A DNA stretch of 42,185 nucleotides from Phoronis australis (Eukaryota > Animalia > Phoronida): contig NMRA01000352.1 of the NCBI GenBank assembly GCA_002633005.1, positions 296,170-338,354 of the forward strand, given 5' to 3'. Below, one piece after another: positions 24,001-34,600 of this stretch (the stretch's first letter is position 1; the number at the start of each line of letters is the position of its first letter). Position numbers and translations under genes: made by a program. The notes beneath the pieces were generated by a model. It ran no database searches. It had not been told where the DNA came from and worked only from the letters and a program-made list of their open reading frames with translations.

Positions 24001-27000
24001 GCTACGGGACAATCTGATACCAAGTTCATAACAATAAGTCAAAGTTTTTTTTTGTGTCGGAAGGCGGATTTACCGCCAATCTAAGGTTTTAAAGGCATAC
24101 TATGTTAAATTAGTGAAAAGCATTGTCCCTCATTTACGTCAAAAAGTTGATGAATTTTTGCTTTTGCAGTACCTACCAGCTAAGAGCCCATGGCAGAAGA
24201 GAGAGAAAGTCTTGAAGGCCCTGTGAGATGACACAGAGAGCTCGAGTGAATTAGTCGTCTCCTCCTTTTGCTCGGCTGTCCATTTCTCCCGCTCGTTGGC
24301 GGCCATTTGTTTGGCTAATACTGTCTTGTTTTTGCTCTTGAAACCCTCTGGAAAATGACACAAAGTAAGGTATAAATCAGTTTGCGATCACACAATGTAC
24401 CTCCTGTAAAGTCGAACTGTACAATATTGGTCACAACAAAAAGAGACAATTACTATTTTGCACTTAGTTGCCTTATAGTCCTAAATCAAGGCCTAGCCAA
24501 CTGCAAAGTAAGATTCTTTGATTTAACACAAAATGTATTACTACCACAGCAACTTCTCAGAAGGTTTGCTACATTGCTACAAATACCAAAAATTTTGTAA
24601 AATGTTGTTTAACGATAATTACTCATTACAAAAAGAAATAGTAGCTCGTTCAGCATCAATTTTGATGAAAAATTGGATAAAATCAAAGCTCCAGTTTAAC
24701 CCTACATTGTGTTTACAGAACTAAACCTTATTATATATATTGGTGGCTGAGGATGGATCAACTTGAATGAGTTTCTGAACGAAATAATTAACAAGGTTTT
24801 TCATTAATTCACATGAAATCTTTCAGTGCACCATGTAAAAATAGAAATTTACAAGATAAAATTTTTACATGGTGCACCGAAAGATCAATACAGTTGCAGT
24901 TTTTTTATTTCACTTGAAATACCTACACCGTAACACATAATATAGAATATACAACAATCCTTCAGTAGATGTGAAAAAGCCAGACTCTATACACAATAAA
25001 ATGTTAACCTATTTCAGACAAATATAATTGCCAAAAAATTATTTTTATTTTTCAAAGGCTTCTTAAGTATAGAATACCCACAATTTTTCGACATTGTTGT
25101 CTGGTTGTAGCTGTGGTATAGATCGTAAAAACGTTTTAGCATTTATTTTGTGTCACTTATTGTTTGTGAAAAAGTGAAAATAATTCACTTGTCGGCCATA
25201 TTGTGTCCTAAGCTGGTGACTCACAGTCTCTACCATTTATTGTTATGACTGCGGAGTGAAGCAAGCACAAAATAGTAAAATCTCAAAAACAATTGTCAAC
25301 AATTATGACATTTTTCATTATTGTAAATACTGTCACTGTTTATAATCATCTTTTAATTTAATTTCACGTCTCTTAATCTAATTTCATCATCCTTTGTAAT
25401 TTATTCATTTATAATCAAAATTCTTAACCTGTTTTAATTGCTACTTCGTTACCTGTACTCAATTATTGTTTTACTACTTTATTGAGTAATATTGTACTGT
25501 ATTACATCTTGTTGTTGAGGGCCCCCTTGGAAAGCAATGCCGACACTGAAAGGCCACCCTCATCTTAAATATTAAATAAATAAAATAAAGTAAATTTTAT
25601 TTATTTATTTTTTCATTTCACAAACAGGCTTCTATTGAGAATGCCAAAAATTTCTTAAAACATAATGAGTACGTAGCTATGGTACAGAGCTCGACTCACT
25701 GCGCTGCTCTATGTATAGTCTATCTGAAGCCTGGCTCTTCATTACTGGTCCTAACGTGTGAGTCGGCACTGGGGGCACTCCTTCATCATCTTCATCCTCC
25801 ACCTGAGAATCTACAGAATGACACAAATATAATGAGCATATCAGTTTTCAAAAAAACAACAAGATTTCATCTCACCAAATAATGAAAATCTGTCTCTTCT
25901 GATTTACATGCCGGACAACAGAACTTGAAAAAGTCAGATTTAACTGTACCGATATTTTACGCGAGCAAGGTAAAATCCAACTGCATTGAACAGCTGAGTG
26001 CAAAAACTAAAAAACCATATCATGTAACTTTGTCTAAGTTAAACAATAATCCAACTTCTACATTTTCCACTTCCACAAAGTTTACTACAGCAAACCAGCT
26101 TCAAAAGTATTGTTTTCACAAATGAATTCCAAGGAGACAAGTTTTGGCCAGTTTTAGGCTAACTTTTTTGCAATCTTCAACACACCGCAACAAGACCAGG
26201 TGAATGAATGAATTTTGACAAATGTTATAAAAAAATTGCTGTAGAGGCTCAGACTATCAAGGACGGCGGTACCCAAATATATAGCAAGATAAAAGCATTC
26301 ATCAACAAAATGTGACCTTGTCAAAGAGCAACAGAATGAGGTATGCATTTCTTTAGTGCTTTACTAAACAAAGACAATTTTCATACTGTAACAGACAGCT
26401 TTGCGCATAGCAAAACTTAAAATATAATTCGACAAGTACCAAGGCAAGTAACTCACAAAATACTATTTCAGAATTCAAATTTTCAGTGGTGACATCAAAT
26501 TTTAGTAGCCCAACTCGCCCTATGCGACTGAGACTTTCTGCTAATTTCATAGATAACTTCGAGGTTTTCCCTGCAAATTTAGCTATTGAAATATAACTTT
26601 CTGCAGACTTGGTGAAATATGGTCATAAGCGTCTGAGCAGTCTTGTAAACTACAAACCCACCAATACACTTTGTACACTACATGTTATACGAAGCTCTTG
26701 GATACTTGGATATGGGGTAAGTAGGTGAGAATATATATTATTTAATCATTAAAAATTTCTAAAACAAAAAGTGGCTAATGTCCCTGAAAAGCAAGTTTCA
26801 AGCAAGGAAAGGAAAAAGATGATTTGAAGTCTGTATGTTCTAGAAACACTGGTTCAGTTTAACACAAACGTGAACATACATACAAAATCCTCCTCTCAGC
26901 CATAGAGGCATATGAACAGGAAAATAGTGAAACGACACCTATCATTTGTGGTTCTGAAAAATTTAGCGACCACAACTTTGAATTGGCTACCTCAGATTTC

Positions 27001-30000
27001 ACCTGGCAGGCAGCTCATCAGATGCATTTTCGCTTTTCTTAGCATCAGACACTGACACCAAAGACACGGCTGAAGCTTTGGTGTTGCCACATCGTTCAAA
27101 GTGTCTATTATGACTGTGGCGCCCTCTTTTAGGCTCTTTATGATTACAGATACTACCCCACAATTCTTCATCGACATTGAAATGTGGTTAAAGCCTCTTG
27201 CAGCAACATCTTTGAAATCTGACCCTTTGGCTCATATTTTAGGGATGGAATCCTTTGTTTTGATTATTTTATACACGGTAACACAGTGTGCTGAGTTCAT
27301 CAATTGTTTCAACAGTATGATTCACTACGGAACCGCCATCTTGTCATATTGGAGTGTGATGATTATGACCTTGTATTGACCTAATTAGCAACATGGGACT
27401 TTCATAGAGTGTAAACTACTTCGTTATAGTAAAATAGTAAACAGTTCAATTATATGTGAATGGATGACAATTTTCACAACTTACGATCAGGCTGTGTCTT
27501 CACATCAATAATATCATTTTTGATGGTGGTTACATCCATTCCCATAATGCTGTTCAGCTCATCATCATCCACTATACTGCCAGTGAGATTGTCCCTGAGA
27601 AAACACAGACAATCTAGTCAAGAAGTCGGATACTAATAGCTGATCACAGAGTTCAATAAGCAGGTCAAATAAAACAGAAGAAGCGAACAAGACTGCCCAT
27701 GAATGATTAGAACAATAACATTGCCTGTTATGCAGAATTAATGCCCTCTTGGCAAGTATTAAGACAAATGACAATCAATAAAATGCAAAAAAGCAACTAA
27801 GTAACTCAGTCACATATCTTGATAAACAGGTCCCCTGCCAGTACTGCCTCCTGTTGGGGTGGCTGGCAGATGAGTGACCTCCCCAATACCCTCTGTACAC
27901 TTCTGTTTGGCCTCAAATTCGTCTTCAAGTTCATTGACGTAACAAAGGACTATTTGAAAAAATGGTAACTGCGAGATTTTTGTTAGTTGGAAGGTTTTAG
28001 GACCACCAAATGCCTCCCAAGGTGTTCACTTAACACTCGAAAGGTAAAATCATATCGTAACATAATTGATAGTTTAGCTATACAGGTTTGATTAGGATGT
28101 GGCAATGTCTAACATCATGATAGCTTCACAGTTCAACAACTTTGTGATTGTTACTAACTGCATAATCCATTTGTCTACTAAACAACAGCTGAGTTGAATT
28201 TTATTCAAATTTTTTACTTAAAGAACTTACTGAGATTCTGAGACAGGTTTCTTTTTCTTGCGTCGTCGTTTAGGTCTTGCTTGACTAGCAGTTGTTTCCA
28301 ACTGGGTGGCAGAATCAACGTCTTCACTCTGTGTAAGAATTTTGAATGTTATTAAAGGCATTTAGTGTGTACTTGCATTTATGGCTCACAATTTAATAAA
28401 ATACAGATGGTACCCCAAAATTAAAGTATCAGAAATAACATTACACAAGCAAATAACATGGTGCAGATATACCAATAAATAAGAGCTTGCAAGACTTTTG
28501 GCATTACAAAGTATAAAGAAAACAAAACTGATGAGGATATTTTGAAAACAATGCGGTTATGATTACGTAGTCATGGTAACGCCATAAATGTATCAGCGGA
28601 TTTAGTTCTAGAAACAAACACATTTAAGCATCTCAACAGAGGTTTCCTCAGACTTATACTTGCATAATCTTGGCAAGGTCAACACAAGTTAATGGCCAAA
28701 TAGATTTTCAATGATTTACTTTTACTGCGCTTTAAGTGCCGTCCACTGCACGAGTAATCCTAAAACAAGTTACTCAGTCGTACGAGTGGTCGCCAGGTTT
28801 ATTACAGAAGTAGCGTCGATGGTGTTTGTGCTGTGGCAACTTAACAAGTGCGACATTTTATCCCACCTTATTGAGGTAAGGGTAATTTGTTCTTGGGCAA
28901 CTTTCCCAAGAACAAGTCGCAGCGTGGTCACCATGAAAACAATCAACCAATCGACTCCGTAGAACTAATTACAAGCTTCTGCACTGTAGTAATTCTCCAC
29001 TTATTTTGCACAAAAATAAGTTCCAAAATGGTCACTTCTCCGTTTATTGTTGGCTGATTACTTTTCTGCATATATTCTGCATCCTGTGCATGTATTAAAA
29101 TACATGTACAGGATGCAAACAATGCTTGTAATAAACTAAAATATTCTTAATCCTTACTTTAGGGACAAATTTAACAAAACAGAATTTCATTTGTAAGCCA
29201 CCTTGTGTGCTAAATATGTGAAGTTTCCATATATACAAACATATATATAAACTGGTGATTTCATTTCCGTGCAATTTTTATCTACAGGTTAAAACATGTT
29301 GACATTTTGCTCATCATTTTATCAACTTAAACCATCTTCTATTGGCATTCCACAATCACAAGAGCAAGAAATATCATTCAGGAGAACACAAATAACCACT
29401 CGCCATATTGCAAAGCTCCACATGCCAAGAGTGATAATTTCATTCATATTGCAAGTTGTCAGGTATGTTGTGTGGAGTCAAGGGTAAGTTGTACTATGGT
29501 AACATGTAATATGGACATGACTTCAGATCAATGAAAACTGACAGAACACAGAGTTTGGTAATGAAATGGTGTGCACAGAAATAAGCGACTGCGACACAAA
29601 GAATTCTAAAAATACTAACAACAACTGATTTGGACTTTTGTCGCCCTCTACCCCCACTTCCACTAGGTGTATCCTCCCCAGATCTACGAGGTGGAAGAGC
29701 CCTTTTCGCAGGAGTCTTTGTTTTGAGCTTGGGCAAATTTTCCACCGACTGGTCTCGCTCTCTGCTAGCTGACCTCTGACGCCTTCTTTCCCTGGCTGTA
29801 CCAGTTCCTAAAAAGGATGAATGTGAACATGATTAACACTTCTAAGTTTTATCATTAGTTGCAGTAGTCGCATTGGATTAAAGACAATCATTTCTATAAC
29901 TTGAGATGGAAGACACCAGTTATTAAAAACAAGACCAAGTTCCATCGACAGGTGCATCTGGTTGTGTAGCTTGGGTGTTGTTGGTTTTAGTTTCCATTCA

Positions 30001-31274
30001 GTACGAAAAAAATTTGACCATCACCAAGTTATTGAAGTTAACTTAAACTGGTTTAAAGGTAAATTCTACAAATCTATAGCTGGTAGCAGAGTTGTTTGTG
30101 CAGAAAATAGCAGACTGTAATGTGCCCACACTTTTAGAACCAGATTGATGCCCGTTATTCAATGGAGAAAACTGGTTCTCAGAATGCAAGCATGTGTATC
30201 CGACTATTACCAGTTGGTGAGGCAACTAGCCCACTAAGTAACTAAGTCACAATGAGTAACAAAGTGGGGTGTCACATTCGCCATGCGGAATCCCATGCCC
30301 GAACCAGTTACTGAGCAGCCGTGAGGTGATGTTAGTATTTGGGAGTGCTCAGTTGTTACTTTTTAGTATACCACACAATAACTTAGAAAAAGGTTACCCT
30401 TGAATAACACAATTGCTCATAAATTCGCCATTGCAGCTATGGTTACTTTACCCTACGTACCCAGTTCGACACTGACACTGGTTTGACATTAGAGAACTAG
30501 TACTTTCAGGGTCTCTACATCATGGTCAATTCAATCCAGCCTATCCCTAATCCAACAAATGACACAGATGTCAAATGAAATGCGATGGCAAAAGCTATGT
30601 TGCTGTGCCTGGCTATGGCCATCGGCATGCATGGCCCTGGGCTGGGAGCAAGTCTCTGTCTCTGATAAGCAATGACCATCGCCTCTGTTGGCCCGAACCA
30701 GAGGCGATGTAGAGGCTATAGGGCTCTGTACGCCGGAAGCTTTTCAGCGAATTATGCCTCGCACCGACTAAACCATCAAAGTCACGTTGTTATAAATACC
30801 TTTTGCGCATAGAGGAACACCTTAGGAGGTTGTCGATGTGTTTAATTCCTTCCAACTCGAACAAATACTCCCGTTATGAAACTTTTTCTTTGAGCAGTCC
30901 CTATNTATGGTTACTTTACCCTACGTACCCAGTTCGACACTGACACTGGTTTGACATTAGAGAACTAGTACTTTCAGGGTCTCTACATCATGGTCAATTC
31001 AATCCAGCCTATGCCTAATCCAACAAATGACACAGATGTCAAATGAAATGCGATGGCAAAAGCTATGTTGCTGTGCCTGGCTATGGCCATCGGCATGCAT
31101 GGCCCTGGGCTGGGAGCAAGTCTCTGTCTCTGACGGACAACAAATTAACCACTTACCAGTAGATTGATCTGGCGAATTTTGCCTTCGTTTTTGCCTTCCT
31201 CGCCTCGGGCTTTGGTTCTCTTTCTCTGAAGGCAGAAGTGGGGGCAATCGCCTGCCTGTGGGTGGCAAAGACAT
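20765..31274 (-). CDS. TMEM237: Transmembrane protein 237 (ciliary transition-zone protein), spliced gene, 9 coding exons, 459 aa
   Basis: Exons 31157-31274, 29620-29807, 28231-28328, 27485-27594, 25700-25810, 24177-24347, 22871-23018, 21909-22092 and 20765-21016 all have GT/AG boundaries with compatible phases and sum to 1380 nt without internal stops. The translation has a basic N-terminus (RALPPR, RPKRRRKKKK), KSQASDRLYIEQ, VSSHRAFKTFSLFCHGLLAG, CTVSVFDRYD and ILSQWRALN..LLGWFIISLRP, matching recalled TMEM237 motifs (HRAFR..LF.HG.LAG; S.FDR.D; W...SYRP). Confidence 0.92.
21909..22092 (-). CDS. TMEM237: TMEM237 coding exon 8
   Basis: Acceptor gtttaccctAG, donor GTGAGT, 184 nt, YDIAYPNKR...IYFLCLVV...DLWSDSG. 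Confidence 0.9.
22255..22778. mobile_element. hAT-like MITE in TMEM237 intron 7 with 5-bp TSD
   Basis: TIR CAGGGCTTGGAAT (22266) / ATTCCAAGCCCTG (22778), GCGGAAA subterminal repeats, CTAAT at 22250-22254 and 22779-22783. Confidence 0.75.
22871..23018 (-). CDS. TMEM237: TMEM237 coding exon 7
   Basis: Acceptor cccttttcAG, donor GTGAGG, 148 nt, LSVAQTVVVFLL...CTVSVFD. Confidence 0.9.
23300..23680 (-). mobile_element. Penelope-like element 3' fragment (GIY-YIG endonuclease remnant)
   Basis: EFYIGLTQRRLCDRLKEQH (YIG at 23654-23646) and ...LYIKESLAI......LN, followed by a hammerhead core. Confidence 0.75.
23312..23356 (-). ncRNA. Minimal type I hammerhead ribozyme (Penelope-associated)
   Basis: CUGAUGA-U-GUCU-aaugaaa-AGAC-GAAACGUU: intact core, stem II, palindromic ACGU stem III; stem I is imperfect. 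Confidence 0.65.
24177..24347 (-). CDS. TMEM237: TMEM237 coding exon 6
   Basis: Acceptor cattttccAG, donor GTAGGT, 171 nt, ...VSSHRAFKTFSLFCHGLLA. Confidence 0.9.
24818..24885. repeat. 25-bp inverted repeat (core of a palindromic MITE)
   Basis: ATCTTTCAGTGCACCATGTAAAAAT / ATTTTTACATGGTGCACCGAAAGAT, one mismatch, 18-nt spacer. Confidence 0.8.
25330..25590 (+). mobile_element. LINE (L2/CR1-type) 3' UTR remnant
   Basis: T-rich body, GAGGG...CCCTC stem-loop, then AAATAAATAAAATAAA tail. Confidence 0.4.
25700..25810 (-). CDS. TMEM237: TMEM237 coding exon 5
   Basis: Acceptor cattctgtAG, donor GTGAGT, 111 nt, phase 1->1, ...MKSQASDRLYIEQR. Confidence 0.85.
27485..27594 (-). CDS. TMEM237: TMEM237 coding exon 4
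   Basis: Acceptor gttttctcAG, donor GTAAGT, 110 nt, phase 2->1; needed to restore frame between exons 3 and 5. Confidence 0.8.
28231..28328 (-). CDS. TMEM237: TMEM237 coding exon 3
   Basis: Acceptor ttcttacacAG, donor GTAAGT, 98 nt, phase 0->2, SEDVDS...RPKRRRKKKKPVSES. Confidence 0.82.
28482..28980. mobile_element. Putative Harbinger-like MITE in TMEM237 intron 2
   Basis: AGAGCTTGCAA ... TTACAAGCTTCT imperfect ends; internal perfect hairpin TTGTTCTTGGG/CCCAAGAACAA (28887-28915). Confidence 0.35.
29620..29807 (-). CDS. TMEM237: TMEM237 coding exon 2
   Basis: Acceptor cctttttAG, donor GTTAGT, 188 nt, phase 1->0, contains KRALPPRR. Confidence 0.8.
30438..31133. repeat. 228-bp near-identical duplication (30438-30665 and 30906-31133) around a single-N junction
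   Basis: One mismatch between the copies; N at 30905. Confidence 0.9.
30666..30904. mobile_element. Partial copy (one arm) of the long-TIR MITE family, truncated by the contig junction
   Basis: Collinear with 32571-32811 (AGCTTTTCAGC.AATTATGCCTC...CAACTCGAA.AAATACTCCCGTTAT). Confidence 0.8.
31157..31274 (-). CDS. TMEM237: TMEM237 coding exon 1 (MSLPPTGRRLPP...PDQST)
   Basis: ATG at 31274, donor G|GTAAGT, 118 nt, phase 1. Confidence 0.8.
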
Positions 31275-31641
31275 TGTAAATCTTCAAAACAAGGAAACAC
31301 AAACTTTTGAAATGAAAATATGTGCCAACGTAATAAAAGTATTGCTACGTTAACAAGCGATTTCTGTTGATTTTTTGGGATCTTGGGATAAATACAACAA
31401 CTTATAGCTTCTTACATTATTTGGAACAAAAATCTAAGCATTTTATTTGTATAAAAATCGAATTTAGGAATATTATAAGTGAAACGTATAATATCTTGCA
31501 CCTTTTGATTTACATAATATTGGTATTTGCGCTCCACTCAAAACAGAAATGTACAGATGAAAATCAAGCCGGCAGGTTTCAGACTTGTTGCTTGCTAGAT
31601 CGAAATTTCTGTGTATTTTCGCATAAAATTCACTCGACAAG
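31275..31641. promoter_or_regulatory. Putative bidirectional promoter / 5' UTR region shared by TMEM237 and GOLT1
   Basis: Only 367 bp separate the two divergent start codons. Confidence 0.65.
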
Positions 31642-31666
31642 ATGATACCAGTAACAGATTTTCAGA
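31642..31666 (+). CDS. GOLT1B: GOLT1 coding exon 1 (MIPVTDFQ)
   Basis: ATG at 31642, donor A|GTAAGC, phase 1. Confidence 0.88.
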
Positions 31667-34600
31667 GTAAGCCTCTATTTGTTAATTTACCCTCAAGACT
31701 TGACTTGGGTCTTGTCTTTTTTCCAGTACTGTACGCCGTCGGTTTGACACGAACACGTCATCAACGGCGCACAGCCGGAATCCCAGTGCTGGCGCATTGT
31801 TGTTGGTTATTCATTCGTTCTTTTACTGTCAACACTGGGAAACAATGCCTGGCTTACGTTTGCACACACTTCCTTTCTCGGATTTTGCAAATCACTATAC
31901 CAGCTAACTATAATTTTTACATAATGTTCATTAGTCTTTTAGATTATTAGAAACTTGGTCCATTTCACAGCACTTTTTACTTTGTGAATAGATTTTGTTC
32001 AAGAACCACTTTTGTCAAGAAGCCTGTTTATCAGGAAAGCTCAAACAAGGTTATTTTGAGTATAGCATAGAGCAATTAGGTCATCTGGTTAGGATTAGAT
32101 TTAGAATCTAAATTATATGTTTTCACAGCAATAATATTGCAGCATAATTTGATGTATCATATTGACTAAAGCTGGAGATTTTTTTTGAATTTTTGGCGTC
32201 TGAATTTGATTTATTTGTGAAAAGTTAAGTAATTCCTGATCATTGTTTACTCACAGACATATAAAGAAATAAACCAAAATAGATATATTACGTTTTGGTT
32301 CTGACCCCTTAAAAATAGGCAGGTGGATTGGCACTGCCTTTTGCGGTGCACCAGGTGTGCTGTAGGCCCCACAGATGAGCCAATTGCTCAAATCACCTGA
32401 TTACAACTCGATAGAATCCTTTAGCATGGGGTTCGTTGTGAGTAATGTCTTCAATCTTCCAGTTTTTCTCAGGAAATTAGAACGGCTATTATTGAACGAA
32501 CCTGCACAATTTGGCGATTTCTACCTGGCAAGTTACGTATGTGTCCATCCAGCAGAAGACTGTGAAGACCTAGACAGTGATCACCGTCTCTAGTTGGCCC
32601 AGTAAAAACAGTGGAGCTCCTATAGGAGCTTCATACGCCGTAAGCTTTTCAGCAAATTATGCCTCTTACTGACTAAAACATCAAAGTCACATTGTTATAA
32701 ATACTTTTTGCGCATAGAGGGACACCTTAGGAGGCTATCGATGTATTTTTATATTTCTCCCAACTCGAAGAAATACTCCCGTTATCAAAACTTTTTCTTC
32801 AAGTAGTCCCTCGTTTAAACTGGGCACACCAGGGGATATGACATCATACCACCTGCATGAGTATTTCTTCGAGTTGGAAGGAATTTAATACATCCACAGC
32901 TTCCTAAGGTGTCGGTCTATGCGCACAAGGTATTTATAACAACGTGACTTTGATGTTTTAGTCAGTGTGAGGCATAATTTGCCAAAAAGCTTCCAGCATA
33001 TGAAGTTCCTATAGGAACTCCACCGTATCTACTGGGCCAGCTAGAGACGGTCATCACTGTCTAGCGAAGACCCTGATAAGAAGGGCAAATTTTCACTTTT
33101 AAGTGTTGGGGAGTCTCAGCTTCCAATCCACATTTATGGCTCTTTGAGCAGGTCACATGACCTGTCATGTTTTGGTGCAGAGCTGAGTTGCAATGCCCAG
33201 TAATTAATTGGATCACCTGCCAAATAGCCAGGCTATCTAAGCATAAGAGTTCCCGTTCATGAAGGTAGCTCCATTGGGTTAAAACTTGTGATACTGTGCA
33301 AAAGACAAAGTGGAAATGTTTAACAATAGATTTAACCTCAATTTAGAAACCACTCATTCCTACACTGGTTTTTTGTTATGAGTTACTCTACCAAAGTGTT
33401 TGGTCATGCTTGGCAACCAGTCTACCATGGCAATTTTTCCCCGAATTTCCAAACAAAGAGTTTGCCAGAGTAGACTGTGCTTAAATCTCAAACTGATTCA
33501 TCATGTAACAAGCTGGCTTAATGCATGAACTATTTCCTTTCAATCTTAAAATCGTGCTTGAACTTGACTTTTCACCACTTGCCTGCTGTCATTATTATTA
33601 ACTCCAGAAAATGAATTTATGTACCCGGGTGGTCAACGGCCACTTAGGTAAAGTACGACAACACTGTGGTGGGGCTGAACAGGAGGGACCATGTGTCCCT
33701 GTAAATAAGGGTGAGGAACATTTTTCCCCAACTAATGTGCACACATTTTATTAATTCAAGTTCAAGGTCTATAAAACTCCCGCAGTTCGAACGTTACATT
33801 GTAAGTTTTTTACAACATGTTTTGGCTTATCAACAAAGTAAAGTTGCGGTTCCGTTGGTACCATAACAACATATTCGTCCTCTCTCTGTATTTTCCCTTT
33901 ATACACCTTCTGTTTGAAAAAGTAAACCGAGTCTTACATATGTACAGGATACCAGAGAGGTAAAAGTAACCCTTTTCTGAATAGCAATCGCACCCTTGCC
34001 TGTCAAAATGACATTCGTCTAAACTGCACGATTCACTGAAATTGCATAATACAACATTTCAAATTTTCTATTCATTCCAGAGATTGGTGTTGGGTTGGCA
34101 GCTTTCGGACTGACATTCTTGTTTCTTGGTGTTCTATTCTTCTTCGACAGAGGTCTTTTAGCTATTGGAAATGTAAGTTATGACTTTTGCAACAAAAGGT
34201 ATGTTTGCTCAAAAATCACAGCCACATCCTTTACTGACTTGAAAACTCCCCGTTGTTCAAGTAAGTGGTCATCATCATGCACGCACTGGGCTCCAATGGG
34301 CCCCCGCTCATTTTGTGAAGTGGGCAAAAAGGTCCGCCTCAGAGAAACAAAAACTCCGGAACAAGAAAAAAGAGACAAAAGTCCACTAAAAAGGCCGGAA
34401 CTACCGAAATTCAGCGAACGCACAATTCATATCATGGCTCTGAACGTACTCTGTGAATCTTAGTAAAAGGTCCACATTCTCAAAAATTCGAGCCCCCCAT
34501 TTTTAGTTTGGGTGCACGCGCGCATGATCATGTAAAGGTTTCGGAATTATCTAAAGCACATTACTAACGTACTTAGTACAGTTGTTTTGTAAATATGTTG

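Noticed and set aside
26992-27379. Overlapping ORFs in TMEM237 intron 4
   Set aside because: Not needed for frame, no recognisable motif and no convincing splice pair
28527-28565. CTGATGA...GAAA hammerhead-like motif
   Set aside because: Stem II is only weak G-U/A-U pairs and there is no credible stem I
34173-34463. Extension of the GOLT1 exon 2 ORF
   Set aside because: Read-through past the GTAAGT donor into the intron and a MITE
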